From the NCBI GenBank assembly GCA_018985225.1, contig JADGIF010000017.1, forward strand, positions 8,693 to 40,692: a stretch of DNA of 32,000 bases. Direction: 5' to 3'. Numbering within the stretch: position 1 is the first letter of the stretch; the number at the start of each line of letters is the position of its first letter. The stretch is from Amoeboradix gromovi X-113 (lineage: Eukaryota > Fungi > Sanchytriomycota). Position numbers and translations under genes: made by a program. Below the pieces are notes generated by a model that saw only the letters and a list, made by a program, of their open reading frames with translations, had not been told where the DNA came from and searched no databases. Of the stretch, positions 10,769 to 19,726 are shown piece by piece.

Positions 10769-10797
10769 GGGACACCAAATATAAAAACTAGACCAAG
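10769..10797 (+). repeat. Terminal inverted repeat of the GGGACACC DNA-transposon family, pointing into the Fic gene
   Basis: GGGACACCAAATATAAAAACTAGAC is a 25/25 inverted match to 12530-12554. Confidence 0.85.
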
Positions 10798-10813
10798 TGT
10801 AATTGATTGCCAT

Positions 10814-11662
10814 TTATTTGCACATCTCAAACTCCACTGTTTTTCGATTATTAAAGGTACTTAATGCTTGTCCAAAACAAATGAGACTCTGCATAAGCAA
10901 CGCGCTGAGATGATGTTCAAAGCCTTTATCATAGGTTCTCAAACAGTAATAGTAATGAGAACGACTTTTAGAATGCCCACTGGTTAAAACAATTGGAAAC
11001 TTCAATTTTAAATGACGACATAATAACCAGTTAAGTAAAATGCGAGCTGTTCTACCATTTCCGTCATAAAAAGGATGAATAAGTAGAAACTGCCGAAAAA
11101 TATAGACAATATTTTCTGTGGATAAGGTTGGTTGATTCATCCATTCAATTAAGGTGCTTAAATTTTCTTTAATCTCGTGTGCAGGCATAAATGTAACCAA
11201 ACCAGCAGAAACTCCACTGGTTCTAATTTCGCCATTTTTAAAACTATCTCCATTTTCATCAACTGATCCAGCCATCAAATATTTGTGAATATTACAAATA
11301 AATTCTTTTGTTACCAACTGAGATGATGTTGCATGATACCATACACATTTCAGGACCAAATAATGTTGGATAGTTTGTCTCTTATTAAATCTCTCACCTT
11401 CACTATCCCATGTACCGTTCAATGATAGTTCACCAATGGTGTTAAATGAAAACACATCAGCTTGTTTAGAAAGTATATTCAATGTATTATATTGACTCAA
11501 ATGACATGTCTTTTCCAACTTGTTATCCAAATAAACACATTTGACGAATTGACTGTTGACAAAATATTCTTCAGCATCACCCATAGCTATTTTAATATAT
11601 TTGTCTTTGTCTATTGATTCCACCCAATCTTGAAGATTTTTATCTTTTAATTGCGGAAACAT
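10814..11662 (-). CDS. Fic/DOC (Fido) domain protein, putative adenylyltransferase
   Basis: Canonical HPFYDGNGRTAR (HPFxDGNGRxxR), preceded by IHKYLM...GEIRT; intronless. Confidence 0.93.
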   Translation of the reverse strand: MFPQLKDKNLQDWVESIDKDKYIKIAMGDAEEYFVNSQFVKCVYLDNKLEKTCHLSQYNTLNILSKQADVFSFNTIGELSLNGTWDSEGERFNKRQTIQHYLVLKCVWYHATSSQLVTKEFICNIHKYLMAGSVDENGDSFKNGEIRTSGVSAGLVTFMPAHEIKENLSTLIEWMNQPTLSTENIVYIFRQFLLIHPFYDGNGRTARILLNWLLCRHLKLKFPIVLTSGHSKSRSHYYYCLRTYDKGFEHHLSALLMQSLICFGQALSTFNNRKTVEFEMCK

Positions 11663-11757
11663 GAAGATTTCACTGGATAAAACTTTGCACGTAATTTATT
11701 TTCATTAGAATATTAATGAAGATTTGGCATAAATTTTTATTTTGTACTTTTTGAAAC

Positions 11758-11954
11758 ATGTCTGATTCTCCAATTAGTGAACCCTCAAAGATAGCGCTAA
11801 CAAAGAAAATAAGCATAAAACACCAACAGAATCTGAAAATAATGAAGTGCCAACAGATGAAAATGAAATTATTGAAGTTGATAATAGTTTAATTGAAAAT
11901 GGAAAAGATGAGTTTGACAAAACTAATGAGAAACATGCAAACTACTACCATTAA
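11758..11954 (+). pseudogene. Frameshifted acidic low-complexity ORF remnant divergent from Fic
   Basis: MSDSPISEPS, then a shifted frame DSANKENKHKTPTESENNEVPTDENEIIEVDNSLIENGKDEFDK...*; family not recognisable. Confidence 0.3.
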
Positions 11955-12076
11955 TTAACCTTAATTGACTTGATATACGGCGAGTTATTTTTATGTTGCT
12001 GACTTTTAATGTAAATTATTTCATACACGCTTGGGTAAAGTAGTAAGTTTTTCAATTTCTCTAAAAATAAACAAAT

Positions 12077-12554
12077 GGGACATCAAATATAAAAACTGGA
12101 CTAACTTTCAGTAACAACTTGGCACATTATTTCAGCTTTATTAATTTATGGATTTAAGAGGCGAGTGGATATTCAGCTAGTTGCGGAGTTGACGAGTATA
12201 AAAGGAAAATAAATAACTTTTTGTATCGAAATATCAAAAATAAATATTCTGTACAGCTATTCTCTTACTCTGAAATATTTCAAATAAAATATCACTATAA
12301 CACCTCAAAGAAATAGATAAGAGTAATGATGTTAGTATAACATTACAAAATGACTCTAGAAAAGAGTACCGTCTAAGAAAATGCACCTTTTGCTTAGATG
12401 CTCAAATACCTCATATCTAGTTTTATTTTGAAGAGGGGATTGAAAGTAATGAAAGAAAACTGGTATAATAGAAGATCTTTTATTAATGATAGCATTTCCT
12501 CGGTATGGTGCACCTTTAAAAACGAGTTAGTCTAGTTTTTATATTTGGTGTCCC
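12077..12554 (+). mobile_element. Non-autonomous TIR element (MITE-like, 478 bp)
   Basis: 30-bp TIRs with 2 mismatches. The left ~195 bp recur at 31795-31990; the right ~180 bp recur inverted at 26729-26925. No clean target-site duplication. Confidence 0.88.
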
Positions 12555-12828
12555 ACATATATACAATATCGCAAATATAAAAGTGCATTGCTAATGAACG
12601 TCTTACCCGGTTTCCACTGGATACCTCGGTAGTAATTGCAGAACAATATTACTTTTCCTAATTTAAAATCAATTCGCAATACTCTTTCTTGAGGCATTTG
12701 AACAAATAGGAGCCCAATAAATTACCACTTTAACATAAAATTCGAGCTGGCACAGTCTAGGCCATATTTATATCCAATATGACAGGCAGAATTGATGCAT
12801 ATAAACATAGTTAATTAAAAAAGATTTA

Positions 12829-14205
12829 TTAAAAGCGAAGCGGATCTAATTTCGACTTCTTGGCAATGCGCTTCGGTTTTTTAGCTGGGCGTTTTAACGA
12901 ATTGGGAAGCAAATAAGTGGGGACATGTTTAAGTGACTGCTTGGCTTGAAAATTCATTTTGCCTTTGGATAATGCATCGTGCAATTCCTTCATTTCCTCT
13001 GGCTGCTCTGTCTGCTCATCTGTTGCTTTGTTCTGTAACGCCTTTGATTTCAACAACATAGCCTGCAAATCTAATTTTTTTGCCTCTAAAATCCATCTTT
13101 TGGTTATACTTCTGTAAATGTCTTCATGTCTGTATTTTAGTGCATTTAAATTGGTTGGGTCAAATGTATACTGTTCCATTTCAGTATTTTGCTTGTTGTA
13201 AAATTCCTTAATTTCCGTTAATTCTTCCAATTCTGTAGTAAATGTCATACATATACCGGTTCTCTTCCCCCGTCCTGTTCTACCTGCCCTGTGTCTGTAG
13301 TTCTCTAAGTTTGGAACATTTATGTTGATCACAGCGACAACTCTTTGAAAATCTATACCTCTGCTTAATACCTCGTTGTTATTGAAATGATCCACAACAA
13401 TCATAATCTGATGTTTTCTAGTACTATTAAATTGCGTGATGGTAGCAGTTCTGACGTTTATAGGGAAGTTTGGGCACAAGATCTCAACATTGATGCCAAG
13501 CCGACTTAAGTAAACTTTCAGTCCATACGCCTCATCGACATGATTAGTAAATACAAGAGACTTTCCGGCAATTAACTGAAGCTTGTAAATAAAATACAAA
13601 TGCAAATAAAGCTCTGATTTGTTCAGAACTTTAATTTCATAATGTTGCAACAGGTTGGCGTCATCATTTTCTTTATAAATAAATGGTTTTTTTAGCATGA
13701 GATTGCAGAAATCCTTTAGTTGCTTTTGGGATTGGCTTGATGTTTCCATCGTTAGTATTTCCTTGTTAATTGTAGCACTTACAACCACAGTTTGGGCATC
13801 TTCTGTGTACTTAACAATTTCCATTACATCGTCGTAGTAATTGAACATAAATATCAAATCAGCTTCATCCAATATCAAGTATCTGATCTTCTGCTTGTCG
13901 CGTGCCAAATACTCTTTAACATATTTCGGAGTTCCAACTAAAATATCGCCTCCAAGCCGTTTAACAACGTGTCTAATTTGAGTACTCAATTGTTCTGTCG
14001 GTGTAAGAACAACTCCATATCCTTTGCTCTCTAGCAGTGGAATAAGGTATGCTAAAGTCTTGCCACTTCCGGTTCTTGCATTTAACAAAATATCTTTATT
14101 CTCACGAAAATGCTTAAATGTCTCTGTCTGGCAATGCGTTGGTTTGCTAAATTTAAACGTGTTTGTAGCTGCTAGTTGTAATGACTCTACACTGGAGAAT
14201 GACAT
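12829..14205 (-). CDS. DBP9: DEAD-box RNA helicase Dbp9/DDX56
   Basis: ARTGSGKTLAY, LDEAD, SAT, SRGIDF, YRHRAGRTGRG, LKHVPTYLLP and terminal DPL are characteristic of Dbp9. Confidence 0.9.
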   Translation of the reverse strand: MSFSSVESLQLAATNTFKFSKPTHCQTETFKHFRENKDILLNARTGSGKTLAYLIPLLESKGYGVVLTPTEQLSTQIRHVVKRLGGDILVGTPKYVKEYLARDKQKIRYLILDEADLIFMFNYYDDVMEIVKYTEDAQTVVVSATINKEILTMETSSQSQKQLKDFCNLMLKKPFIYKENDDANLLQHYEIKVLNKSELYLHLYFIYKLQLIAGKSLVFTNHVDEAYGLKVYLSRLGINVEILCPNFPINVRTATITQFNSTRKHQIMIVVDHFNNNEVLSRGIDFQRVVAVININVPNLENYRHRAGRTGRGKRTGICMTFTTELEELTEIKEFYNKQNTEMEQYTFDPTNLNALKYRHEDIYRSITKRWILEAKKLDLQAMLLKSKALQNKATDEQTEQPEEMKELHDALSKGKMNFQAKQSLKHVPTYLLPNSLKRPAKKPKRIAKKSKLDPLRF

Positions 14206-14241
14206 TTAAAGGCTCCTAGATTCACCCTCTAAAACATTTTA

Positions 14242-16323
14242 ATGACATCAAATCGAGGATTGACGATAAAACCGGGAAACACCTTTAGATCTAGTGGTCA
14301 GACTATGTCTCTTAAATCTACAGTCATGTATTATGGTGAGAATCGGCTTTTAGACTGCAACTTTGAATTTCACAATATGAAGTTAATTGTGACTTGCAAG
14401 GACAGGTCCTATGAGTTCATCAATGCTAAATATGCGTTGCTAGAAACGGGCAAACTTCTTGTGAAATGCGAATCCCCTGATTTTTATCTCGGTTATAATA
14501 AATTAAGGAATGACGCAGAGTTCAATATTCCAGTTGAAATGGATGGTAATCATTTCCATTTGAGTGATACTTTGGCTATAGAATACAAGCTTGGATCTAC
14601 TATAAGACTGATCAAGAGCTATTGTAATGATTCAGCCATTAGGGTTTCTGAGTGCCACGGCAGAACGCTATCCAACATTTTCAATACTTATAGAGGATTC
14701 ATTAAGAAAGCCGGTGCTTTACTAATTTCAGATTCCAGATCTACTCAAACTGTGGACTCCCATGTATTCTATGGGCAAGCCAAAGTTAATAAAAATGAAT
14801 TGTCAAACAAGAAAAGAAAGATAACTGGTAGCATCCAGCCAAGCAATCAAAGTACTACCACCATTGATATGACAACTGATGATCAAGATCTTCCTTTTTT
14901 CAATTCTAGTCCTAAAATACCGAGATCCAACAGATCTGAAATCAAGGTGTTAAAAGATGGTTACTCATTTGAGGGGTCCAGATCAGAACCTGAATCATTG
15001 CACAAAACACCGAAAAAGAAGGAAAAATCAATTTCGCCAATATTATCCAGAAAATCCAAACTTGAATTCAAGGCCCGTCATAAAGAAACTTCTCCCTTGT
15101 TAAGCAAGGAAACTGCAAAGTCGCATAACTTTATTGTTTCAGGTAAATCCGATGGTAACACAAACAAGAACAGCAAGACTGAAATACCATCTAATCCAGC
15201 GTCCACTGGTACAAAAAAAGAATCAAAGGTTGTTAGAAATGCTTTCAATGATACACCTATCCGTTCAAACCAAGCAAAAAAGAATACCCAACCGGATAGT
15301 CCAGCTAATTTTTTATCTGATCAAGAATTCAATGAGCTTTGTTATAGCACAACTGATAAAGACAAAAGTGGCACTTATTCTCATTCGAAATTAGAATGTT
15401 TAAGAGAAAGACGTCAGAGTTTTCGAAATGCTAAAAAGGAATCTTTGATGTACATCCCCAAAATGCAGAATGTTACTTTACCAAAGTTCTTGAACCATTA
15501 TGCAGAAAATGATATCATCTGTGAGGAAAATGGTATTACACTGAAAAAGAGTGACGCGACGAGATTAAATACCGGAGAATTTCTGAATGATCAGATATTG
15601 CATTACTTTTTTGCTTACTACAAAACTGCACTAGGCAGTCGTAGAATACATGTATTTTCAACATTCTTCTTTTTTAAGTTAAAGCAGCTAATTAAAAATA
15701 AGCAAGACTTGGGTAGCCTGCGTAGGTGGACAAAAAACATAGACATAATAAGCTATCCTATAATCATAGTGCCAATAAATGAGAGCTATCACTGGTATTT
15801 TGCAATAATAACAAACCTGCAACTACTACAAAATAAAGTGCTTGAGCCTGGATATAACGATATAAAGTATGAACACAGCAATGAAAAACCTTGTCAAATT
15901 GTAATTGTAGATAGTCTGCACAAGAATGCGCGACCAAATGTGAAATCAGCATTATTGAAGTATATGAGTGAAATGCTGCATTTGCAAGTAGATGAGATAA
16001 GGAATCATGTAGGCATGAAGATGGGGCATTCGCCACTGCAAGAGAATGGGTGCGATTGCGGGTTGTTTGTGATTTATACCGTGATGAAGTTGTTGGAAAA
16101 TGACGAATTAATTAACAAAATTGCAAATGACAAGCAGGATTGGTGGGATAACGAGATTATAGAACGGCAACAATTACTGTCTTTAATAGATGATCACCAT
16201 CATGAATATAAAAAGAGAAGCAAAGATAATCAAGTTGAGATATGCGAATCAGATGAGATAATATTTATAGAAGAAAGCAAGATTACAGACAAGGAAGAGG
16301 ACAACACACAGTTGACAATGTAA
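14242..16323 (+). CDS. Ulp/SENP-family SUMO protease (peptidase C48), Ulp2-like
   Basis: EFLNDQIL, FSTFFF, RWTKNIDI, PINESYHWY (His), IVDSL (Asp), QENGCDCG (Cys). Confidence 0.92.
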   Translation: MTSNRGLTIKPGNTFRSSGQTMSLKSTVMYYGENRLLDCNFEFHNMKLIVTCKDRSYEFINAKYALLETGKLLVKCESPDFYLGYNKLRNDAEFNIPVEMDGNHFHLSDTLAIEYKLGSTIRLIKSYCNDSAIRVSECHGRTLSNIFNTYRGFIKKAGALLISDSRSTQTVDSHVFYGQAKVNKNELSNKKRKITGSIQPSNQSTTTIDMTTDDQDLPFFNSSPKIPRSNRSEIKVLKDGYSFEGSRSEPESLHKTPKKKEKSISPILSRKSKLEFKARHKETSPLLSKETAKSHNFIVSGKSDGNTNKNSKTEIPSNPASTGTKKESKVVRNAFNDTPIRSNQAKKNTQPDSPANFLSDQEFNELCYSTTDKDKSGTYSHSKLECLRERRQSFRNAKKESLMYIPKMQNVTLPKFLNHYAENDIICEENGITLKKSDATRLNTGEFLNDQILHYFFAYYKTALGSRRIHVFSTFFFFKLKQLIKNKQDLGSLRRWTKNIDIISYPIIIVPINESYHWYFAIITNLQLLQNKVLEPGYNDIKYEHSNEKPCQIVIVDSLHKNARPNVKSALLKYMSEMLHLQVDEIRNHVGMKMGHSPLQENGCDCGLFVIYTVMKLLENDELINKIANDKQDWWDNEIIERQQLLSLIDDHHHEYKKRSKDNQVEICESDEIIFIEESKITDKEEDNTQLTM

Positions 16324-16490
16324 ATAAACATGATATCTGAACCGGTACTTTACAAAAACTGCTTGAATCTTTGAACTACAAATGGGTTCATGCATATGCG
16401 AATTATTAAAAGGCGGAGGCGAGTATAATGACTGCGTGTATGGAATAGCGTGATGTTGAAACACAAATGATTGGTAATAAGTTTAATGAG

Positions 16491-16508
16491 ACTCCTTGGA
16501 GAAATAGG
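16491..16508 (+). promoter_or_regulatory. Conserved upstream motif ACTCCTTGGAGAAATAGG
   Basis: Near-identical copy at 17101-17119; each lies about 30 bp upstream of the ATG of the paralogous repeat genes. Confidence 0.55.
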
Positions 16509-16539
16509 TAAGTTCAATGAAATCCAAAAATCCCCCTGA

Positions 16540-16959
16540 ATGTTAGCGATTTACTCATTTGCTTATGGTCAGAGATATACCACGGGAGATGCAATGGAAG
16601 TGACACCTAGCAGCGGATACGGATACAAAGCACCTAGCAGCGGATACGGATACAAAGCACCTAGCAGCGGATATGGATACAAAGCACCTAGCAGCGGGTA
16701 TGGACACAGAGCACCTAGCAGCGGGTATGGATACAAAGCACCTAGCAGCGGATATGGATATTCTGGTAGTGATTCAGATGTCCCAAACACTCCAGTAATT
16801 GACTATCCAGGTACTGGAGGTGATTACGAAGACACCCCAGAACCGACTGAAGCTGTACCAGATTATGAGGATCATGAAGGACATGAATATGATCAAAAAT
16901 CAAGCTCTGCAGCTATTGGCACTACAATTGTTGCAATTATCGGAGCATATATCTTATAA
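16540..16959 (+). CDS. Secreted/GPI-like Tyr-Gly repeat protein (APSSGYGYK x6)
   Basis: Short hydrophobic N-terminus, repeat block, acidic linker, SSS plus hydrophobic C-terminal tail; paralog of 17149-18099. Confidence 0.8.
   Translation: MLAIYSFAYGQRYTTGDAMEVTPSSGYGYKAPSSGYGYKAPSSGYGYKAPSSGYGHRAPSSGYGYKAPSSGYGYSGSDSDVPNTPVIDYPGTGGDYEDTPEPTEAVPDYEDHEGHEYDQKSSSAAIGTTIVAIIGAYIL
16603..16764 (+). repeat. 27-bp coding tandem repeat, 6 copies
   Basis: Unit GCACCTAGCAGCGGATAYGGATACAAA. Confidence 0.95.
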
Positions 16960-17100
16960 AAATAGAATAATAAATTGTTATTAGAAAAATATCTGCTGCT
17001 CTTGTTTGAGGGGATTGATAAGAAATCGGCGGAGCAGATTGCGCAACAGAACGCGATTTAGTGCCGCTTGCTTATCCAATTGGCGCAAATTCATTTTGCC

Positions 17101-17119
17101 ACTCCTTTGGAGAAATAGG
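17101..17119 (+). promoter_or_regulatory. Conserved upstream motif ACTCCTTTGGAGAAATAGG
   Basis: Matches 16491-16508 at an equivalent distance from the ATG. Confidence 0.55.
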
Positions 17120-17148
17120 GACTCCATAAAACCTATCTGTTTTGTTAC

Positions 17149-18099
17149 ATGCTAACTCTTCTTTATGCCTACTCAAAAAAGAGCAATGGTGAAAATGCTG
17201 ATGTAGATAAGTCTCTTACAAATAGATCTCTAGGGAAATCGACAATCGAGCATCCATATAACAAGAGAACAGATAGAAGCCACGATAAACAGAATACTCA
17301 TAGTTCTAGCGAAACCTCTTACAATAATAGAAACACGCAGCCTGTTAGCAACGTTAATCCGAAACTCTACCGCCACAACAAATTAGAGTCTTATACACCT
17401 AGAATACAGTCTTACACTAGGGCTTCTGGTCAGCCTGGGATTTCACCTAGACCAAACTATGGATATTCCAAGCCTGCACCAGACTATGGATATTCCAAGC
17501 CTGCACCGAGCTATGGATATTCCAAGCCTGCATCAAACTATGGATATTCCAAGCCTGCACCGAGCTATGGATATTCCAAGCCTGCACCGAGCTATGGACA
17601 TTCCAAGCCTGCACCGAGCTATGGACATTCCAAGCCTGCACCAAGTTATGGACATTCCAAGCCTGCACCAAGTTATGGACATTCCAAGCCTGCACCGAGC
17701 TATGGACATTCCAAGCCTGCACCAAGTTATGGAAACTCTAGGTCAACATCAAATTATATTCCAACTAGACCTCAGTCCTACAAATATGCAATCAGCACTC
17801 CAGATATCCCAAAGACCCCAGACATCCCACATGCTCCAGGAAGCGCGGTTGGTGAGCCAGTAGCAGAGCCTGCACCATCATACAATGATAAACCACAAGT
17901 ACCTGAAGAGACAGAGGACAATCAAGATTGGGTTATTCCTCCAGTTTATGCTGGGGCTACGGAGACTGCCAGTTTTTATGATGAAGAAGAAGATTTATTT
18001 GATACTTCAGGACACAAGGGGCGTGAATTCTATCAGAAATCAGGTTCGTCTTTAACTGGTGCCACTGTCCTTGCTATTGTAGGCGCTCAACTTTTTTAG
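17149..18099 (+). CDS. Secreted/GPI-like Pro-Tyr-Gly repeat protein (KPAPSYG[Y/H]S x~10.5)
   Basis: C-terminus GHKGREFYQKSGSSLTGATVLAIVGAQLF aligns with DHEGHEYDQKSSSAAIGTTIVAIIGAYIL of the upstream gene. Confidence 0.8.
   Translation: MLTLLYAYSKKSNGENADVDKSLTNRSLGKSTIEHPYNKRTDRSHDKQNTHSSSETSYNNRNTQPVSNVNPKLYRHNKLESYTPRIQSYTRASGQPGISPRPNYGYSKPAPDYGYSKPAPSYGYSKPASNYGYSKPAPSYGYSKPAPSYGHSKPAPSYGHSKPAPSYGHSKPAPSYGHSKPAPSYGHSKPAPSYGNSRSTSNYIPTRPQSYKYAISTPDIPKTPDIPHAPGSAVGEPVAEPAPSYNDKPQVPEETEDNQDWVIPPVYAGATETASFYDEEEDLFDTSGHKGREFYQKSGSSLTGATVLAIVGAQLF
17452..17739 (+). repeat. 27-bp coding tandem repeat, ~10.5 copies
   Basis: Unit CTATGGAYATTCCAAGCCTGCACCGAG. Confidence 0.95.
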
Positions 18100-18501
18100 A
18101 CATGAAATAAATCAAATAGACTTATAATCGCTGTTCACTATAACTTAATATCTGCGATAAACATTGTACCAATGCAGAACCAGTAATCTATTAATGTAAT
18201 CAGTTCACTTTATCGTAGATACATCTTGTTCCTTGCCGTATGAGTTCTTGCGGAAAATAAAGCAATGAATCAATACCTACTGATGCAATTTATTATAAAA
18301 TAAATATTTTGCGGCTCTCTCTAGAACCCTAATTGAGAAGCTACGGATTTACCTAGTCGAAATTCGATTGAAATAGCGCTTAATCTTTTGCAAGATGTTG
18401 TAGCAAGTGCAATCTCAACTGGTGTCCTCTTTCAATTCACTCTGCACTCAATAAAGTTTTGGATCAAATTATACCAGAGTACTTTGTCTCCTTATCTACT
18501 C

Positions 18502-18960
18502 CCGTTAAAAGTCCTCATTTCCGAGAAAATCGAGAATTTACACAGAGAACCTAGCAATGCTAGATGCTCCGTTATAGTGGTTGCTCACGGTTGCACTACC
18601 CCGAGACGGGATTGAATAAGGATGTATATGCTTGATGTATATATTCCTTGCTGCCATATGATCTCTTTTGTCGCATATTCGGTAGACCAATCACAAGAAT
18701 TATTAATCTTACGGTTTGCGATTTAATTTTATGGTTGATCTCTTTCTAGGCATTGAAAGACATCTAATTCTTCCATGCTTGGACCAGTTACTCAGTGTTG
18801 ATGAATGCATGCTGTACCTGCTAGTTGTTTCTTTAGAATTGATTTACACTTGCCAAAAGGAAGAATATCGAGTATTTAAGCTATTAGAAAAATCTGAAAA
18901 TTATATAAAAATGCATACAAATTCGCGATAAATGGTTTATTCAAGAAAACAATCGAGCTG
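18502..18960 (-). mobile_element. IS607/Fanzor2 deletion derivative, copy A (459 bp)
   Basis: Left end CAG-CTCGATTGTTTTCTTGAATAAA, TnpA HTH fragment (SKETTSRYSMHSSTLSNWSKHGRIRCLSMP), RDHMAARNIYIK, right end GGACTTTTAACGG. Confidence 0.88.
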
Positions 18961-19194
18961 CTTCACTTTTTATCTGGCTTTATAAACTGCGTATCATACC
19001 ATTCCGGCTGCTGCGGTGCGAATTCATAATAATAATTGCAGTTGTAGTTTGTGGTACCTATGTACTCTGGATAAAAGCTGTCCATTACTTAAGAGTATTG
19101 ATTGAACCCATTTATACCAAAACTGTAAATTAGACAGTGGGTGACCACCAGTCACTCAAAGATATCAAAGTCATGTTATGCCATGTGATGTTTA

Positions 19195-19726
19195 CGGCTC
19201 AATTGTTTTCTTGAATAAATCATTTATCGCGAATTTGTATGCATTTTTATATAATTTCGTGACTTAATGGATGTAATCCCGAATATGTCATATCTAAAGA
19301 AATAACTAGCAGGTGCAGCATGCATTCATCAACACTGAGTAACTGGTCCAAACATGGAAGAATTAGATGTCTTTCAATGCCACAAAAGATATATATGTAC
19401 AATTTGTTCAAGGAACGCTTGAAGTTCAAGTGTAAACAAAGAGGAAAAACGATGGTTGAATGTAATGAAGCGTTTACTAGTCAGACATGTACAAGATGTG
19501 GTACTATAAAGAAAACCAACTTGGAGACCTACACTTGTACAAAGTGTCATTTGGAGATAGATAGAGACCACATGGCAGCAAGGAACATATACATCAAGTA
19601 TCTGCATCCTTGTTCAATACCGCCTCAAGGTAGTGAAAGCGTGAGCAATCACTGTAAGGGAGCATCTAGCATTGCTAGTTTCTCTGTGTAAATTCACGAT
19701 TTCTCGGAAATCAGGACTTTTAACGG
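19195..19726 (+). mobile_element. IS607/Fanzor2 deletion derivative, copy B (532 bp)
   Basis: Bounded by CGG at 19195-19197 and 19724-19726; homologous to copies A, C and D; no TIRs. Confidence 0.92.
19266..19691 (+). pseudogene. In-frame deletion fusion of the IS607 TnpA N-terminal HTH to the Fanzor2 C-terminal RuvC/zinc ribbon
   Basis: EYVISKEITSRCSMHSSTLSNWSKHGRIRCLSMP (MerR-like HTH) joined to FKERLKFKCKQRGKTMVECNEAFTSQTCTRCG...YTCTKCHLEIDRDHMAARNIYIKYL. RuvC-I, WED and REC are missing. Confidence 0.85.

Noticed and set aside
16603-17739. 27-bp periodic arrays as CRISPR arrays
   Set aside because: No unique spacers; units are contiguous, in frame and inside eukaryotic ORFs; no cas genes.
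16569-17863. Alternative-frame and antisense repeat ORFs (16569-16790, 17447-17725, 17459-17863)
   Set aside because: By-products of stop-free 27-bp repeats; only the called frames have signal and GPI-like termini.
18961-19194. 39-aa minus-strand ORF (MDSFYPEYIG...) in the A/B spacer as a gene disrupted by copy A
   Set aside because: It stops before the element and the reconstructed empty site has several stops; no family match recognised.
19320-19691. Functional miniature TnpB/Fanzor nuclease
   Set aside because: Lacks the RuvC-I catalytic Asp and the WED/REC domains; it is a deletion chimera.
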